64,000 nt of DNA. It comes from Leptogorgia sarmentosa. Its lineage: Eukaryota. Positions within the stretch are counted from its first letter, which is position 1. Every line of letters begins with the position of its first letter. Positions 1-12,600 of this stretch are shown here, piece by piece. The notes beneath the pieces were generated by a model that did no database searches, was not told the DNA's origin, and saw nothing but the letters and a program-made list of their open reading frames with translations. A program made the translations under genes and the position numbers. Where the stretch lies: positions 3,596,001 through 3,660,000 of the forward strand of contig OZ210885.1 of assembly GCA_964658305.1 (NCBI GenBank). The letters are read 5' to 3'.

Positions 1-3000
1 CAAAAGAGTCAAGTAGTTACCAAACATTTCACGACAAGAGGAATTGGTATGTAAAGGTTTGGGGAAGCATGCTTCCATGGAGATATCTTATTCGTACTTA
101 ATTTCGTGTGACCTTAATTTCGCACTTGGAAAAAAATCGCAAATTAAAGCCCCGCGAAAAACACTTCCCCACAAACTTACACACGCGAAATTAAATACCC
201 TAGTATATAAACAATTTAAAATTATTAAATTATTAATGTTTTCATGAATACAATCAATCACATGTTGAAGAAGGTTGGGATAGCGAACGTACTTATCAGT
301 ACAGAAGACCAATTGTCGAATGAGTTTCATGTGACTAGAAAAAACATTATGGTCTACTTGTCATGGTTCTGTCTTCCTTGAAAAGTTGTTTAAATATTTT
401 AAGTTGAAGTTTAAATCATAGTGTAAATGATTCTCAGGAAAAACTCTATCCCTTTTTCTATTTTCGGTTATTAAAATCGCGAAAATAGAGTCTCGCGAAA
501 TATGGTTTCGAAAAAATCGCGAAATTAATTAGGTGCAAAATTAAGTACGAATAAGGTATGTACTCGTTGGGTTAAAATTCTTGTTAAGGTGTGGTAGGGT
601 GCTGTTTGTGCAATTATCTTCTATAATCTGCTAAAATCGGGGACAAATTTATTTCCGCTTCAAATTCTGGAAAATTCATTCATCAAAGTGAACATCACCA
701 TGTCATGATAACACTGTATCTTGTGGCTACACACAGCATTGTTCGAATCTATACTGTTATAAACAACAACTTTTCCTCTTTCAAAATATGCGATTAATTT
801 TCCATTTTTTCTTGTCGTAGCACCTCCCGCAGTCATTTCAAAGATCCTATCAACGGCCTCTAAAACGTACACTATCTTCTGGGTTCAACCAACACTGCCT
901 GTTGGACAAATCGTCTTGAAGTACTATATAAACTACAGAGTTCTCAATGGGCCCAATAATTCAAAAAATGTATCAAAGGATATGACATCTATTGCTATTG
1001 ATGTTGAATATGAGAAACAATACATTTTTGAAATAAAAGTTGTGACCGAGCCGGGAATAAGTAATGTGACGTCAAGAACCTGGTTCTCTCATTCAGGTAA
1101 AAATACATGAAATGTTTTTTTACAATGTGACAGTAGGAACGGTTTAGTCTATGGAACTGCCAAATTTATCTGCGCCAAATTTTTGCTTGTAGGGAGGGAT
1201 GGGTACTGTGGTGCATAAAAATTATGCATCGGTCATTCAAAAGTAATTTAAAATTAAACCACGTTTTAAAAAATTTCTCAACCTGCCTTTTAGTACACCT
1301 CAAATTTCTGGCATATAGTTAAAGTGTCGGCGATTGAAACAATTTGGTTGTTTTTCCATAATTATTCAATTTTATTTGTGTTTTTTATCCCTTCTATGTA
1401 GCGCCCTTGAAAACGCCGACCAAAATGAACGACAGTTACACAGTAACACTGATAAAGCCAAGAAAAGAGGGAAATATTAAGTAAGTTGACATGAAATAGT
1501 TAATAATTTGAAACAACTCACTTTTGTGTCTATATTGAATTCATTTTGTTTCAATATGTCTTTGTTTTCTTGTCTTTGAACTCTTGTAAACTGTGCTACT
1601 TAGTTACTTACTTTGAGCTAGTTGACGTATTAGACCGCGGTTAAAGTGCGAAAGTTTAGTCAGACGAAACTATAGGTAAAAGTTGTAACTAAACTGCGAC
1701 TACTGCGAATTGCAAGAAGAAACAAGGTTCCAGATAGTGAAATACCTACACGCAGATACTTTCTTTTCTTAGGGAAGTCGCTCTTGTGTTACTCAAATCA
1801 AAAAATCTCCTGGCACCAGAAGAAGTTGAGCTGCGGTTGTCGCCTCCTTCAGATGAAGAGAACGATATCGCCTTTAAAGCTAAAGTATTTGATATAACGG
1901 ACTTTCAAGAAGATACAATAGAAATATCACTTCAACAGACTCCAGACATACGACGAAGAAAGAGAAATGCAGTTGTAGTTGAGGCATTGTCACCTATGTC
2001 AACCTACAGAGCTGCCCAATTAAACACTGACGAGTCTGAGGTAGGTTAAAATAACTTCTTCTCGCAGGAAAGATTCATGCAAAAAACGACTTTTGAAACG
2101 CACCCATGTCAGAAATTTTAAACTGAGAAATCACAGTATTGCCAGCCTCAAATGATCATCCCAAAATCTCAACATCTATTTTGGGTAACGTCAGGGAGCT
2201 CTTCCGAACCTTAGCATATCATTGCAATTCCTATTGGTGGCGACTACCGGGCTTACAAGATCTTGTTTATAACCCATGATTTCAGAACCGTAACGAACAA
2301 ATGTACTGTCGCAATGAGGAATAGCGTCATAGTGATAGTTGTTTAACTGAAATTTGGCATTTTTTTAGAATGAACGTTGGTCATATTGGAGTGAACCTTT
2401 TACTTTCATTGGAGGTAGGCTACATGTATTTATAAAATAACCGGAAGTAAGTGAAAAAGACTGCGCGCGCGTGATTGGCTAACAGTCGTGTTGATGTGAG
2501 ATTATGTATATTGTGAAATGTGAGATTATTTCCACACATTTCTCGTTCTCCCAAACTTGCACTCCTGTTTACATAACTCGATGCAAACATGCAAAATGTT
2601 CTCAATTCCTTAAATACAGCTAAGGCTATATACTTGCGAACTTCAAACCTTGAACTGAAACTATAAGCGTACAAAGCATGATGGGAGCCGCATTTTATCA
2701 GTCCAGAAATTATATATGAGGCTCATTCCTTAGGACAATGGTACGACTGCTAATACAATAAAAACCCAATATTTATAGTTTCCAGGCTTGAACTCGTCCT
2801 GCCCTATATGCTTTGCGCGCTCACAGTTTGGGAATTTTAATTTAACGTTTGCAAAGTAGTTGTAGGCTGTTTACCAAATCGTCTTAATAAAATCTCAGTG
2901 CGATATGTTATATTTTAACATTATTTGGGAATCTTATTGAACATGCAAATTCTTCAAGTGTTGTATAATTTAGTCATTTAGATTTCAGATATTTTAAAAA

Positions 3001-4298
3001 ATAGATGGTGGATACGCCGCAAGGTAAAAAGTATTTTAAAACCAATATCTATTCCTGACAAAATTAATTTTTTTGAAATTTTTCAATAAAATATTCTTGT
3101 ATAGTCAGTAATCAAGGTAAAGAAGATGAAAGTGAATCACTTTCTTGCTGGTTTATTTATTCTGTTCATGAAATCAAAATACCGTTGACAAAATGTTGGG
3201 ATGGACATGCAATATTCTGAATTCTTGTATTATAGACGGTAAAGATGAGAAGCAATCCAGTAGTGAGAAAATCCAAATAAATGTCCTCATTCCTCTGGCT
3301 ATTTTTGTTCTTGTTTTCTGCTGTCACTTGGTGTAAACATATATCAACGTCGTCTCATTCAAAATTATAAAAAGCAATCTGGCCGCGACTACGAGATACC
3401 AGAAAAGGCAAAAGCAGACCAAACGATTAAATCTAGTATGTATACTTATTCTTTCAGTTAAGTTATTCTATTAACGTTAAATTAAATTTGTCAGCAGTAT
3501 ACTGTAGTACATGAAAACGCAAATCTTAAAATATAAGATAAAATATAGACTCGGCCTCAAACGAAAAGGCCTTTTGGGGCCTGCCCGTTCCAAAATCTTT
3601 CGGTTTATGAAAAAGCACGCAGAAGAGTCATGTTTCAGCTATAATACACTTCTCAAATCATAATTCGCATGCATTGACCGCGGAAGATCGATAATTGGGG
3701 GGGGGGGGGCGGGGGGGGCTCATTATTCATATATTCGAGTTCACAAATCTTGATTTCAAGACAACCCACAACAATAAATTTCAAAAGGAATAAAGAAAGC
3801 AAAACACGAATATATAAATATTAGCCCCCTCCCGGCATTTGTTAAACTTCCGCGGTCGCTGAATTCAACCCATGACAGCCTGTTGTATATTGCATATCGC
3901 ATATCCGTTAGGGTTATCTCGAGCGTTTGTTTCGCGTGGGTGAACTGACAATGATAAATAATTATCAGGGATCAAAATGTAAGAGATGCATCAACACCTT
4001 TCTTAATTCCATTCTAGCTCTTGAAGGTAACAACAAAACTGTGAAAGCCGTCAAAGCTGCTACCGGCAGTGATTTGAACAAGAATGATGGATATGAATCA
4101 CCTGACTGCTTTGCTAAAGGGAACAAGCAAAATGAAACTGAATCTCAACAAGAACTTTCTGCTGCCGAAGAATCCTCGACCTACATGTCTTTGAAAAACC
4201 GCAAAGATCCTGAGAACGTGTATCAATCGCTACAATACCTCAATATTCAGACCGTGGAATATGAAAATCCCACATTTACATCCAATGGGCAAATGTAG
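1..4298 (+). pseudogene. Receptor copy A, 3' part only (FN3, FN3, juxtamembrane, TM, Tyr tail), frameshifted in the TM exon
   Basis: Exons <1-46, 821-1096, 1402-1480, 1773-2040, 2369-2414, (3105-3131), 3236-3435, 4018-4298, all with AG/GT boundaries. A 1-nt deletion at about 3311 (cttgt versus ctttgt in B and C) gives TAA at 3334-3336. It could be a truncated receptor, a pseudogene or an assembly error. Confidence 0.75.
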
Positions 4299-6683
4299 AT
4301 TCAACAAAAGCCTTTCGTCGGAGATCGTTTTGTAGTGACTGGAAATTTTGCTGCGTGTAGAGTGGCCAGAGTGCATTTTCCTCGGATATACGTAAGAGGG
4401 TTTATAACTACACATCTTTATATATATTTTAACAAGGGCCTCAGCTAGAGTGTTAATTGGGGGGGGGGGGGGGGGCGCCTATGCATATATTCCTCTTCTG
4501 CCCAACGGATTTTTATCAAATTTGTTGTTTTTAAATAAAAGAAATCCGTCGGGGAGAACATGACTACATACGAATATGCACCCCCCCCCCCCCCATTAGT
4601 TTATAGCTAACGCCCCGATTGTGACTATTTTAACGATTTGCAAAAATGCATGAATAAGCCTATAGCATGTATTTAATACCATTTTACTCTATATTATAAT
4701 TAACTTAACGTATTTAGTACTTTTTCGCTACTACATAATCATGATAACACATTAGTGTTAAAGCGAAAAAGTTACAAATAGTGTAGGTATTTTGGTACTG
4801 CATGTACATGCATATCTATGTTGGATATTTGTATTGGTGTATTTTGAAAAACAGTTATATCGTATTTCTTCATATTAACGTTATTAACCTACATGTAGTT
4901 CTTAGAAAATGCCATGGAAATGATCCAACATGCAGCATGCATAGATACATCTCTTGACAAATCATGAATAGGTAGTTTGTGTTGAAAAATAAATTTCCCT
5001 TATTCATTAATACTACCTGATTTTGAAAATACAAATGACATTTCAGAATATATGCACTAATTATTAACAATTAAATTATCCCCGCGAGGCAAGCCGTTCG
5101 GTTGGCTATTCACACCAGGGTAAAGGAAAGCATAGCGGAGTCTGAAGCATTGAACAAAAAAATAACTAGAACGATAAGTCAGGGGGAAATTGAAGCCGTG
5201 CTTGAAGATGTTTTTGTATGGAGACCCAGTCTTTTTCTAATATCATTTTATAATATTCATTTAGACAAAACTAAGACGTCAAACCTCAGGAATTATTTAA
5301 CCCTATGTAAAATACATCAGTATGCGAAGCTTCGTGAAGATTGGAGGCATAAAAGTCGAAAGAAATGGGTTTGATTTTATTGTTGACAAAAACACTCATT
5401 ACCAGAATCTTAAGCGTCGCGCCCGCTGTCATGTGTCAGTGGCAACAATCATGAATTTTAAATATTCAATGAGCAGGCGATGAAGCGAGTCAGAATAACT
5501 GTATAGCACAAGACGTATAGCATATTTACCACAGAGAAAAGTGAGGCAAATTTATTTCTTCGCGGCTCAAAACTACTTGATTCTTAAACCTATAATATTC
5601 TTTTTTGCTAACCTAAGTTCACCTTTTCGTTTTAACGCTTGGTTTTTGTTCATTTGATCACGTTTGTAGCCTAATCGCGTGCGATTATGTAGGAAGTACT
5701 ACAAATATCAAATGTAAGGAGCATGAAATGCGATGATCGTAGAAGTAATGTCAATTTTATTCATTTTGAGCTAACTTTTTTTCCGTACTTTCCTTTCATG
5801 CTTAATATGCTTAACCAAAATTCACATTTTTAATTTTTGGTGTAAAAAAACTAAAAAAATTGCATTAACCAGTATACTCATATGCCTTCCAATAAATAAT
5901 AAATGATTCACGACTTTGAATTGTGAAGGCCTGGGGAAAGGGCGCCATTTTAGGAATGGTTCAGATTTCTGGTGATGATTTATTCGGAGTACTCGAATTT
6001 CCCACGAGAAGTGCGAAGTCAAAAATACCAACATTTGAAAGAGTCGATTTATTCCCGTTTTAAAAGAGTTATAGCGGCAATGAACTGGTTAAAAGGAAAG
6101 TTTCATTATTTTTGTTGGTTGAAGCTAGAGCAAACATTTGTCATTTTTTTGAAATATAAAACTAAAAATCCTCACTATTTGCGGCAGGTGGACGTAAAGC
6201 AGTTGGAAGTAAACAGGTAACCTAGTGTGAGTCCAAAACATTGATGTTTTTCTACTAAAAACCGTGTACTTCTTGCCAATTTTTGCTCAAAAACAAACTT
6301 GTGAGAGAAAATCCTCACTCGAAACTCGAACTCTCCTCAGTCTGTAATTGTATATTAATTTTACTGCGCGCCGGGTTCAGCCAATCATAGGACCAAATCA
6401 TAGGAGTTATCGTCCCAAATGTTTCAGACAGAAGATCCATATTGAAATTCTAAATAAAGCTAAAGGTCAAGAACATGTTTTTTAATACTTATATTATTCG
6501 AATTTACCGCAAATTATATCAAATCCACCAAAACTTCGCCCTCAATAATTCCTTATATGTTCGATCTCATTCAATAATTGTTGATAATTAGTGCATATAT
6601 TTTTCATTTCGTTGATCATTGAGAAATATTGTGATGCGGAAGTATATGCTCTTACTCCTTCAGTATTCAAAATCAACGAAAAG

Positions 6684-9600
6684 ATGTCGTGGCTTTTTCA
6701 TCGATGCCTTTCTTATTTTACCATATCCTTGCTGGTGTTTGAAGGTAATGTGTGATACGGTTGTAGTCAGTACAGCAACAGTAACTAGCTACTGACAATA
6801 TTTTTTACCCCAATTGCCCACCAATATCGATCATAGAATGTTTAAGGCTTTAAGCTACGCTTTCAAGTGTCAAACGTCAAACAGCAAAGACAAACTGACA
6901 AAGTTTCAACCGTAAGCAGTAGAATGTCAATGGACTTGTTGTTAAATTATTCCTTTGACATGAGAAAGAAAATTGTTAAACCAAATTCTGCGGCAAGAGT
7001 TAGACCTTCCGTTCGCCGTTCACCGAAGCATAAACTCCCTGATAACATGAGTCTAAAAATCAAAATGTATGTTATATTTGGTTTAAAAATGTTTTGCTTG
7101 CGATAAATTATGCAGTATGCGTGGTGGCATTAATGATCAAGACTATCATAGGCTGAGTTTATCCTTATATACATTGCCTAAATATTATTGACCACATAGG
7201 TTCTGGAAGTTGGTTCAGGAACAACAACTTGGTTCAGGAAGTTGTGATATTATAGTTAAGTGCCTGTTAACTGTTGTATATCTCTGGGTAGAAGGTTTAT
7301 AAATTTCACTCAAACCTATATAGTTATTATTAGTACCCTGATAAATGTATATAATTATACATATAACTAGCTAGTGGTTTATTAACGTATGAAAACGAAA
7401 CGAACACGAGTTATATATATCGTTTGGTATATAGCTGTAGCATAGCAGTAGAGTGTAAAAATCAAAATGTATGTTATATTTGGTTTACAAATGTTTTGCT
7501 TACGATAAATTATGCAGTATGCGTGGTAGCATTGATAGTCAAGACTATATAGGCTGAGTTTATACTGTATATACATTCCATAAACATTATTGACAACTTA
7601 GGTTCTGTAAGTTGGTTCAGGAACAACAACTTAATTGGTTCAGGAAGTTGTGATATTATAGTCAAGTGTATATCTCTGGGTAGAAGGTTTATAAATTACA
7701 CTGAAACCCTGTCGTTCTTATTAGTACCTTGATAAATATATATATACCATATATATAGTGGTTTATTAACGTATAAAAAACGAAACGAACACGTGTTATA
7801 TATATCGTTTGGTATATATGAGAATGCTCACACCAGACGCATATGGTACACACCTAGACATCAACACATCCACACATGCGCAGAGAGGCATTGGGGCAGA
7901 GTGGTCAAACGACCACAAGGGACGCGAGCTTTGCTCTCGCTCCAAAGCATAAATAGACATTCCTATAATGTGCCTATTTATAGCAATGTTGAAAAACAAT
8001 ATGATGTATTCACGAGCAACAATCGTGTTTAAGCGTGCATTGACACGCACATTGACAACGTCATATAGCTATATTATAGGTATTGACTTATTAAGAATTT
8101 AAGATATCTTTGTATAGACCATTGACGCCATCAGTTTTCTGTCCTTGGGATTTCAAAGGAGGAGCTTCGCAAATTCTGAAGAAGAATATTTCGTCAATAA
8201 TGCATGCATGCACTCGTGGGTTCAACTTCGTGCTATGGGCATTGAAATTCTAACAATGGATTATTTCAAATATTTGCGATTTTTTGTACACCCTGTAGCT
8301 ATGTGACAAATTGAAGACATTCTGTGCAGCTAAAATATATTCATGTCGAAAAAGCTTGGGCGGAGAGCAATATCAATGTGTCGCGGGATCAGAACTTGTT
8401 TAGGTCGTGTATATATTCGCGCGGAAATTATCTTACTTGTGTTGTTATCAGTGTCATTGCAGTTTCAATTTTTATCCTTCTCTGTTCAAATTGTGGAGGC
8501 CTTTTCCTCAGGCATACCCAGACTGGAAAGTGTATTACGCCATCGGAAGAACTCGCGTACGACGCTCCGGAAGCTATTCCTTACTATGTTGTATTGACTG
8601 ACAACTGCTTGAACGATACAGCACAATTCCGTTATCTTGACAAGCCGCTGTTATTCAATATTGCGAAGCAAGGAACGCTGTGGTCTCCCAGCCACCTTGC
8701 CTTTATGTCTCGTTGGTGGGTTTACAATGGCATACATCCCAGTAGAGTTGGGAACGAAATGAAAAGTTCCAATTATTTAAAACAAACAGCTGCAGGGTCT
8801 TTATTCTTGTACAATCGGGGTGTATGTGCTCAGCCCAATTTATCAAATTATGTATTGAGGGAAACGTGTGGCAACACAGCAGAGCAAGAGTTTACATTTG
8901 GTAAGTGAGAATTATCTGGATACCGCGCACAATTATGTCGAAAGAATAAAACTGATTACTATATTCGTCTTCCCCAGACAGATTTGTTTTGAAATAAACT
9001 TAAAAGAAATTCGTCGAATGAGGGCAAACATTGGGCTTGATAATTCTTCATATTGTGCGAAAACCGAATTTAGCTAATAATTGTTTTATTATTTATTTAC
9101 AGTTGATTTCAGGTCACTTTCACTGTTTGTATTTAGCCAACCAGAAACCAGGAATTTTAAAATAAATAATAATGGTCTTTTGCATTGTGTGTAAGAAATA
9201 TTTGCAAATTTCTACAGTTCAAAATGTTAATTATGAGGTGACTGTGTCAAATCGCTTTTCACACTTGGTTTATCTCTTACTTACTGTGATATCGGTCAGA
9301 TTTCCCTATGACCAGAGGAAAATTTATTTAATTGAAAATTTTTTGAAATGCATGTCCACAATTGTAAAAATTAGTCTAATATCAACTCTGTTTGATAGGT
9401 TCAGTGACAGCCTATAACGCTGGAATGGAAAATGTTCACTGCTCTTCAGAACAGCATATGATGGTAAAGAGTGCTGATTATGGAGATTTCAATGATAATG
9501 GTACATTTAATCACAAGCCAAACATTGATACACAATGTAGCAAGCTTACCACTTGCCAAGTGAAATCTCGTTGTAGCGGAGAGAAATCGTGTGAACTGGT

Positions 9601-12600
9601 ACTCGACAGTAATTTGCTACCATCACAATATTGTTCTGATACTTCAAAACAAATATACACCAAGTACACTTGTGTGGATACCTACAACTCCTCCGATATA
9701 ACTGCAGGTAAAATTTATTGAAATGTTGTTGTATAATTATTATTTTTTCTCTTTTAAATTTCCTTTTTGCACTATTGATGTTGATGAATCAAAGTTAATG
9801 ATTGTTTGAGATCATTTACATTAGGGTCGACATATGAAAAGTTCGAACTACGATCTTGGACAATAATGGCCCAACCGACTATTTCCAGTTTTAAATATGA
9901 CTAAATATGATTTTTTACCTCAAGGGATTCTAATAATTACACGCACGACAAATGAATCATTGTTCGATAATTTAAGGCCGAGATTGTAGGCCTGAGGATC
10001 GTTATCGCAGGCTCATGAGACCAGCAATTGAAAATCCGAATAAATGAGATACATGCAGCGACAAATATCTTTACTTTGGATGTGCAGTGTCCTCAGAGCA
10101 TGCAATGACTTCAAAACTACATGTTTGCATTATGAAGTATATAAGGCTCGAAAGAATTTTATATATTAATTTATTATGTCATTCACATTAACAAAAAATA
10201 GTATCAATAATATGTGCAAGGTGACCCAGCCAAAGCAATCAAAGTTCTCCATCAAGAACGAGCACTTTGCCTACGACGTTTTTTGAATGCGAAGTATTTC
10301 ATAACCATAATAAGCGATGAAACGCAAATCCCAGCAGCAATTTTTTTAAGAAAATATATTTTTCTTTGCTTTTGGTTAAAATGTGTTCAGAAAGTTAAAA
10401 TAAGTACTGCCCAACTATTTCACGACTTGGAAAACAGCTCTATCGAACGATAACAAAGCATATGAATTATTTAGCAGTGTTCATGATTTGATAATATTAT
10501 TAATGTTTCAGCTTCCAATATTAGATTGTCAAACCGAAACGAGGGGTATATTGAAATAAAAAATGGTTCAATATGGAAGAAAGTTGTTGAGGAAAACTGG
10601 GATAAAAACCGTCAAAAAATGCTGTGCCAGTATTTAGGATTTGAAGAGATTGATGGCAATAATATTGAAACTACACAGTTAGGGAGTGGACAAAAGATTG
10701 CAACTGGGGACCTGATCTGTTATAACACACAATCAAGCATAGCATCCTGTTGTGTCCATCTTAATCCTTTAACAACCAATACAAGTACTACGATTCCAGA
10801 TGTGAGATGTAAGTACGCGGCTCTGCGTGTAGCAACAGAGAGGATGTTTGCTGAACGTTTCGGAAAAGTCTGGATTTGCCCCCGCCGAATAGCTCCCCCG
10901 TCGCCACTGAGCTGTGTAACAAAAAATCTGAAAAACTATTATCCACCCATCAGTTCTATATACAGAGCAGCCATGTTACTCTAAATTAATGTTGGTGCTG
11001 CATTAATACATTTCCGCTATACTGGAATGGATTTCTAAGCATGTGAACGAGGCCGAAAAATGCATCAAACATTTAACTCACTGCGATGATTGTGTTTTTG
11101 TTCAAAGTAAACACCTACCTAAAGGAATGACGTAATTTCAACCTACGAATGTGGCTGAATCAATGTTCTGAAAATGTACATAATTCAGTCTGAGATATTC
11201 AGTTTCCTACAACAATAAGTAATATTGTATTCCTGCACCGATGAATTTAATTTAGTTTTTCAATTTTCGTCGCAGGCAAAATATGTAAGAACCCACTACT
11301 GCAAGATGAAAATACTTTTCCAGACTCTGTGCTTTCCGGCAGTGGTGATCCAAGTGAGAACTACAAAGATGCAAGAATCACTAAAAGTGGCTGGTGTCCA
11401 TTGGGGTCCGGCAGCACATACCTCTTGCTCGACCTTCAGAAAGAATATCACATAACTCAAGTCGTGGTTATGGCTGATGAAGAACAAACAAAATGGAGCG
11501 GCTCATATTCTTTGAAATACAGTCACGACACTTCTTATAACAACAGCGCAAAGGTACAGTTATTCTAGTAATGAAGTTATGGTTTCCTGAAAATGAATGG
11601 TAGAAAAGAGTTGGTAGAGAATACTTGATGAAACAAGACCTTGCTAACGTATCTAGATTGACAAACTCCTACCCTTGTAATATAAAATAGAAACGTGATT
11701 TACCTAATTCCGGCGATCTTCAGTGCATGGTATACAATAGCGTATAATTAATTAACTATAAAGCGTCGAAAAAGTGAGGAGATTTTAAATCTAAGAGTCT
11801 AAGACAGCACATAATTTTATTTAACTTAACAAGGAATTGAACGAATTTAATTATCGATGATGTACATATTACTTAACGTAACTGTTTGAGATCACGAGTT
11901 CTTCCTAATTTTCAGGAATTTGGAAACCAAAACGGCTACCAAGCATCAAGAACAAGCCTTAATATTTATAATGTTAGACACATGAAAATAGAGTCCACTG
12001 GAAACAGAAACTTTTGTCTACGTATAGAACTTTGTGGAGAGGGTAAGAAATTGAGGAACAGTGAATAACATACATGAATGCCGAGATTGTCAGCTCGCAA
12101 AGAAACAGGTTATTTAGTCGAATACAAAGTTTTCATTGTATTTTAATATCAAACAAAGTTTGGGAGTAATTAGCATGGTAAATCGTGTTAGTCAATAGTC
12201 GATATTCAAGATATGAAGATAATTCAAGATGTTTCGCGAATTAAATTAGAGCGGTTTCTGGCCCCCTCAAATTTCTTTCAGGACCATTCTCACAAAAGGT
12301 CTAAAACTGTGTAGATGTGATAAACGGCGGGGGGGAGGGGGGGTGTGGGTGTAAGAGGCGTTAGAAGATCCAATAATGATGCTGTTGAAGCATAGAATAT
12401 TATGCTTTAATCTGAAATCTCACCAGGAAAATGCAGTCTAAATTTCAACATTTTCTGGTGGAGCAAGCACTTGCCCGGGATCCCCTGCAGTACCACGAAT
12501 CTCGCTCCAAAAAAAATGACCTTGGCTTGATTGTCTATACTTTGTTTTTAGTTCAAACGCCAGCTCAAGTATCCAATATCTCAGTTTCACCATCAAAATT

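Noticed and set aside
8324..8489. Hydrophobic 5' extension of the ricin ORF as a single-exon signal peptide
   Set aside because: It is not conserved as an open frame in D and has no common ATG. It is the polypyrimidine tract, and a conserved upstream ATG exon explains the N-terminus.
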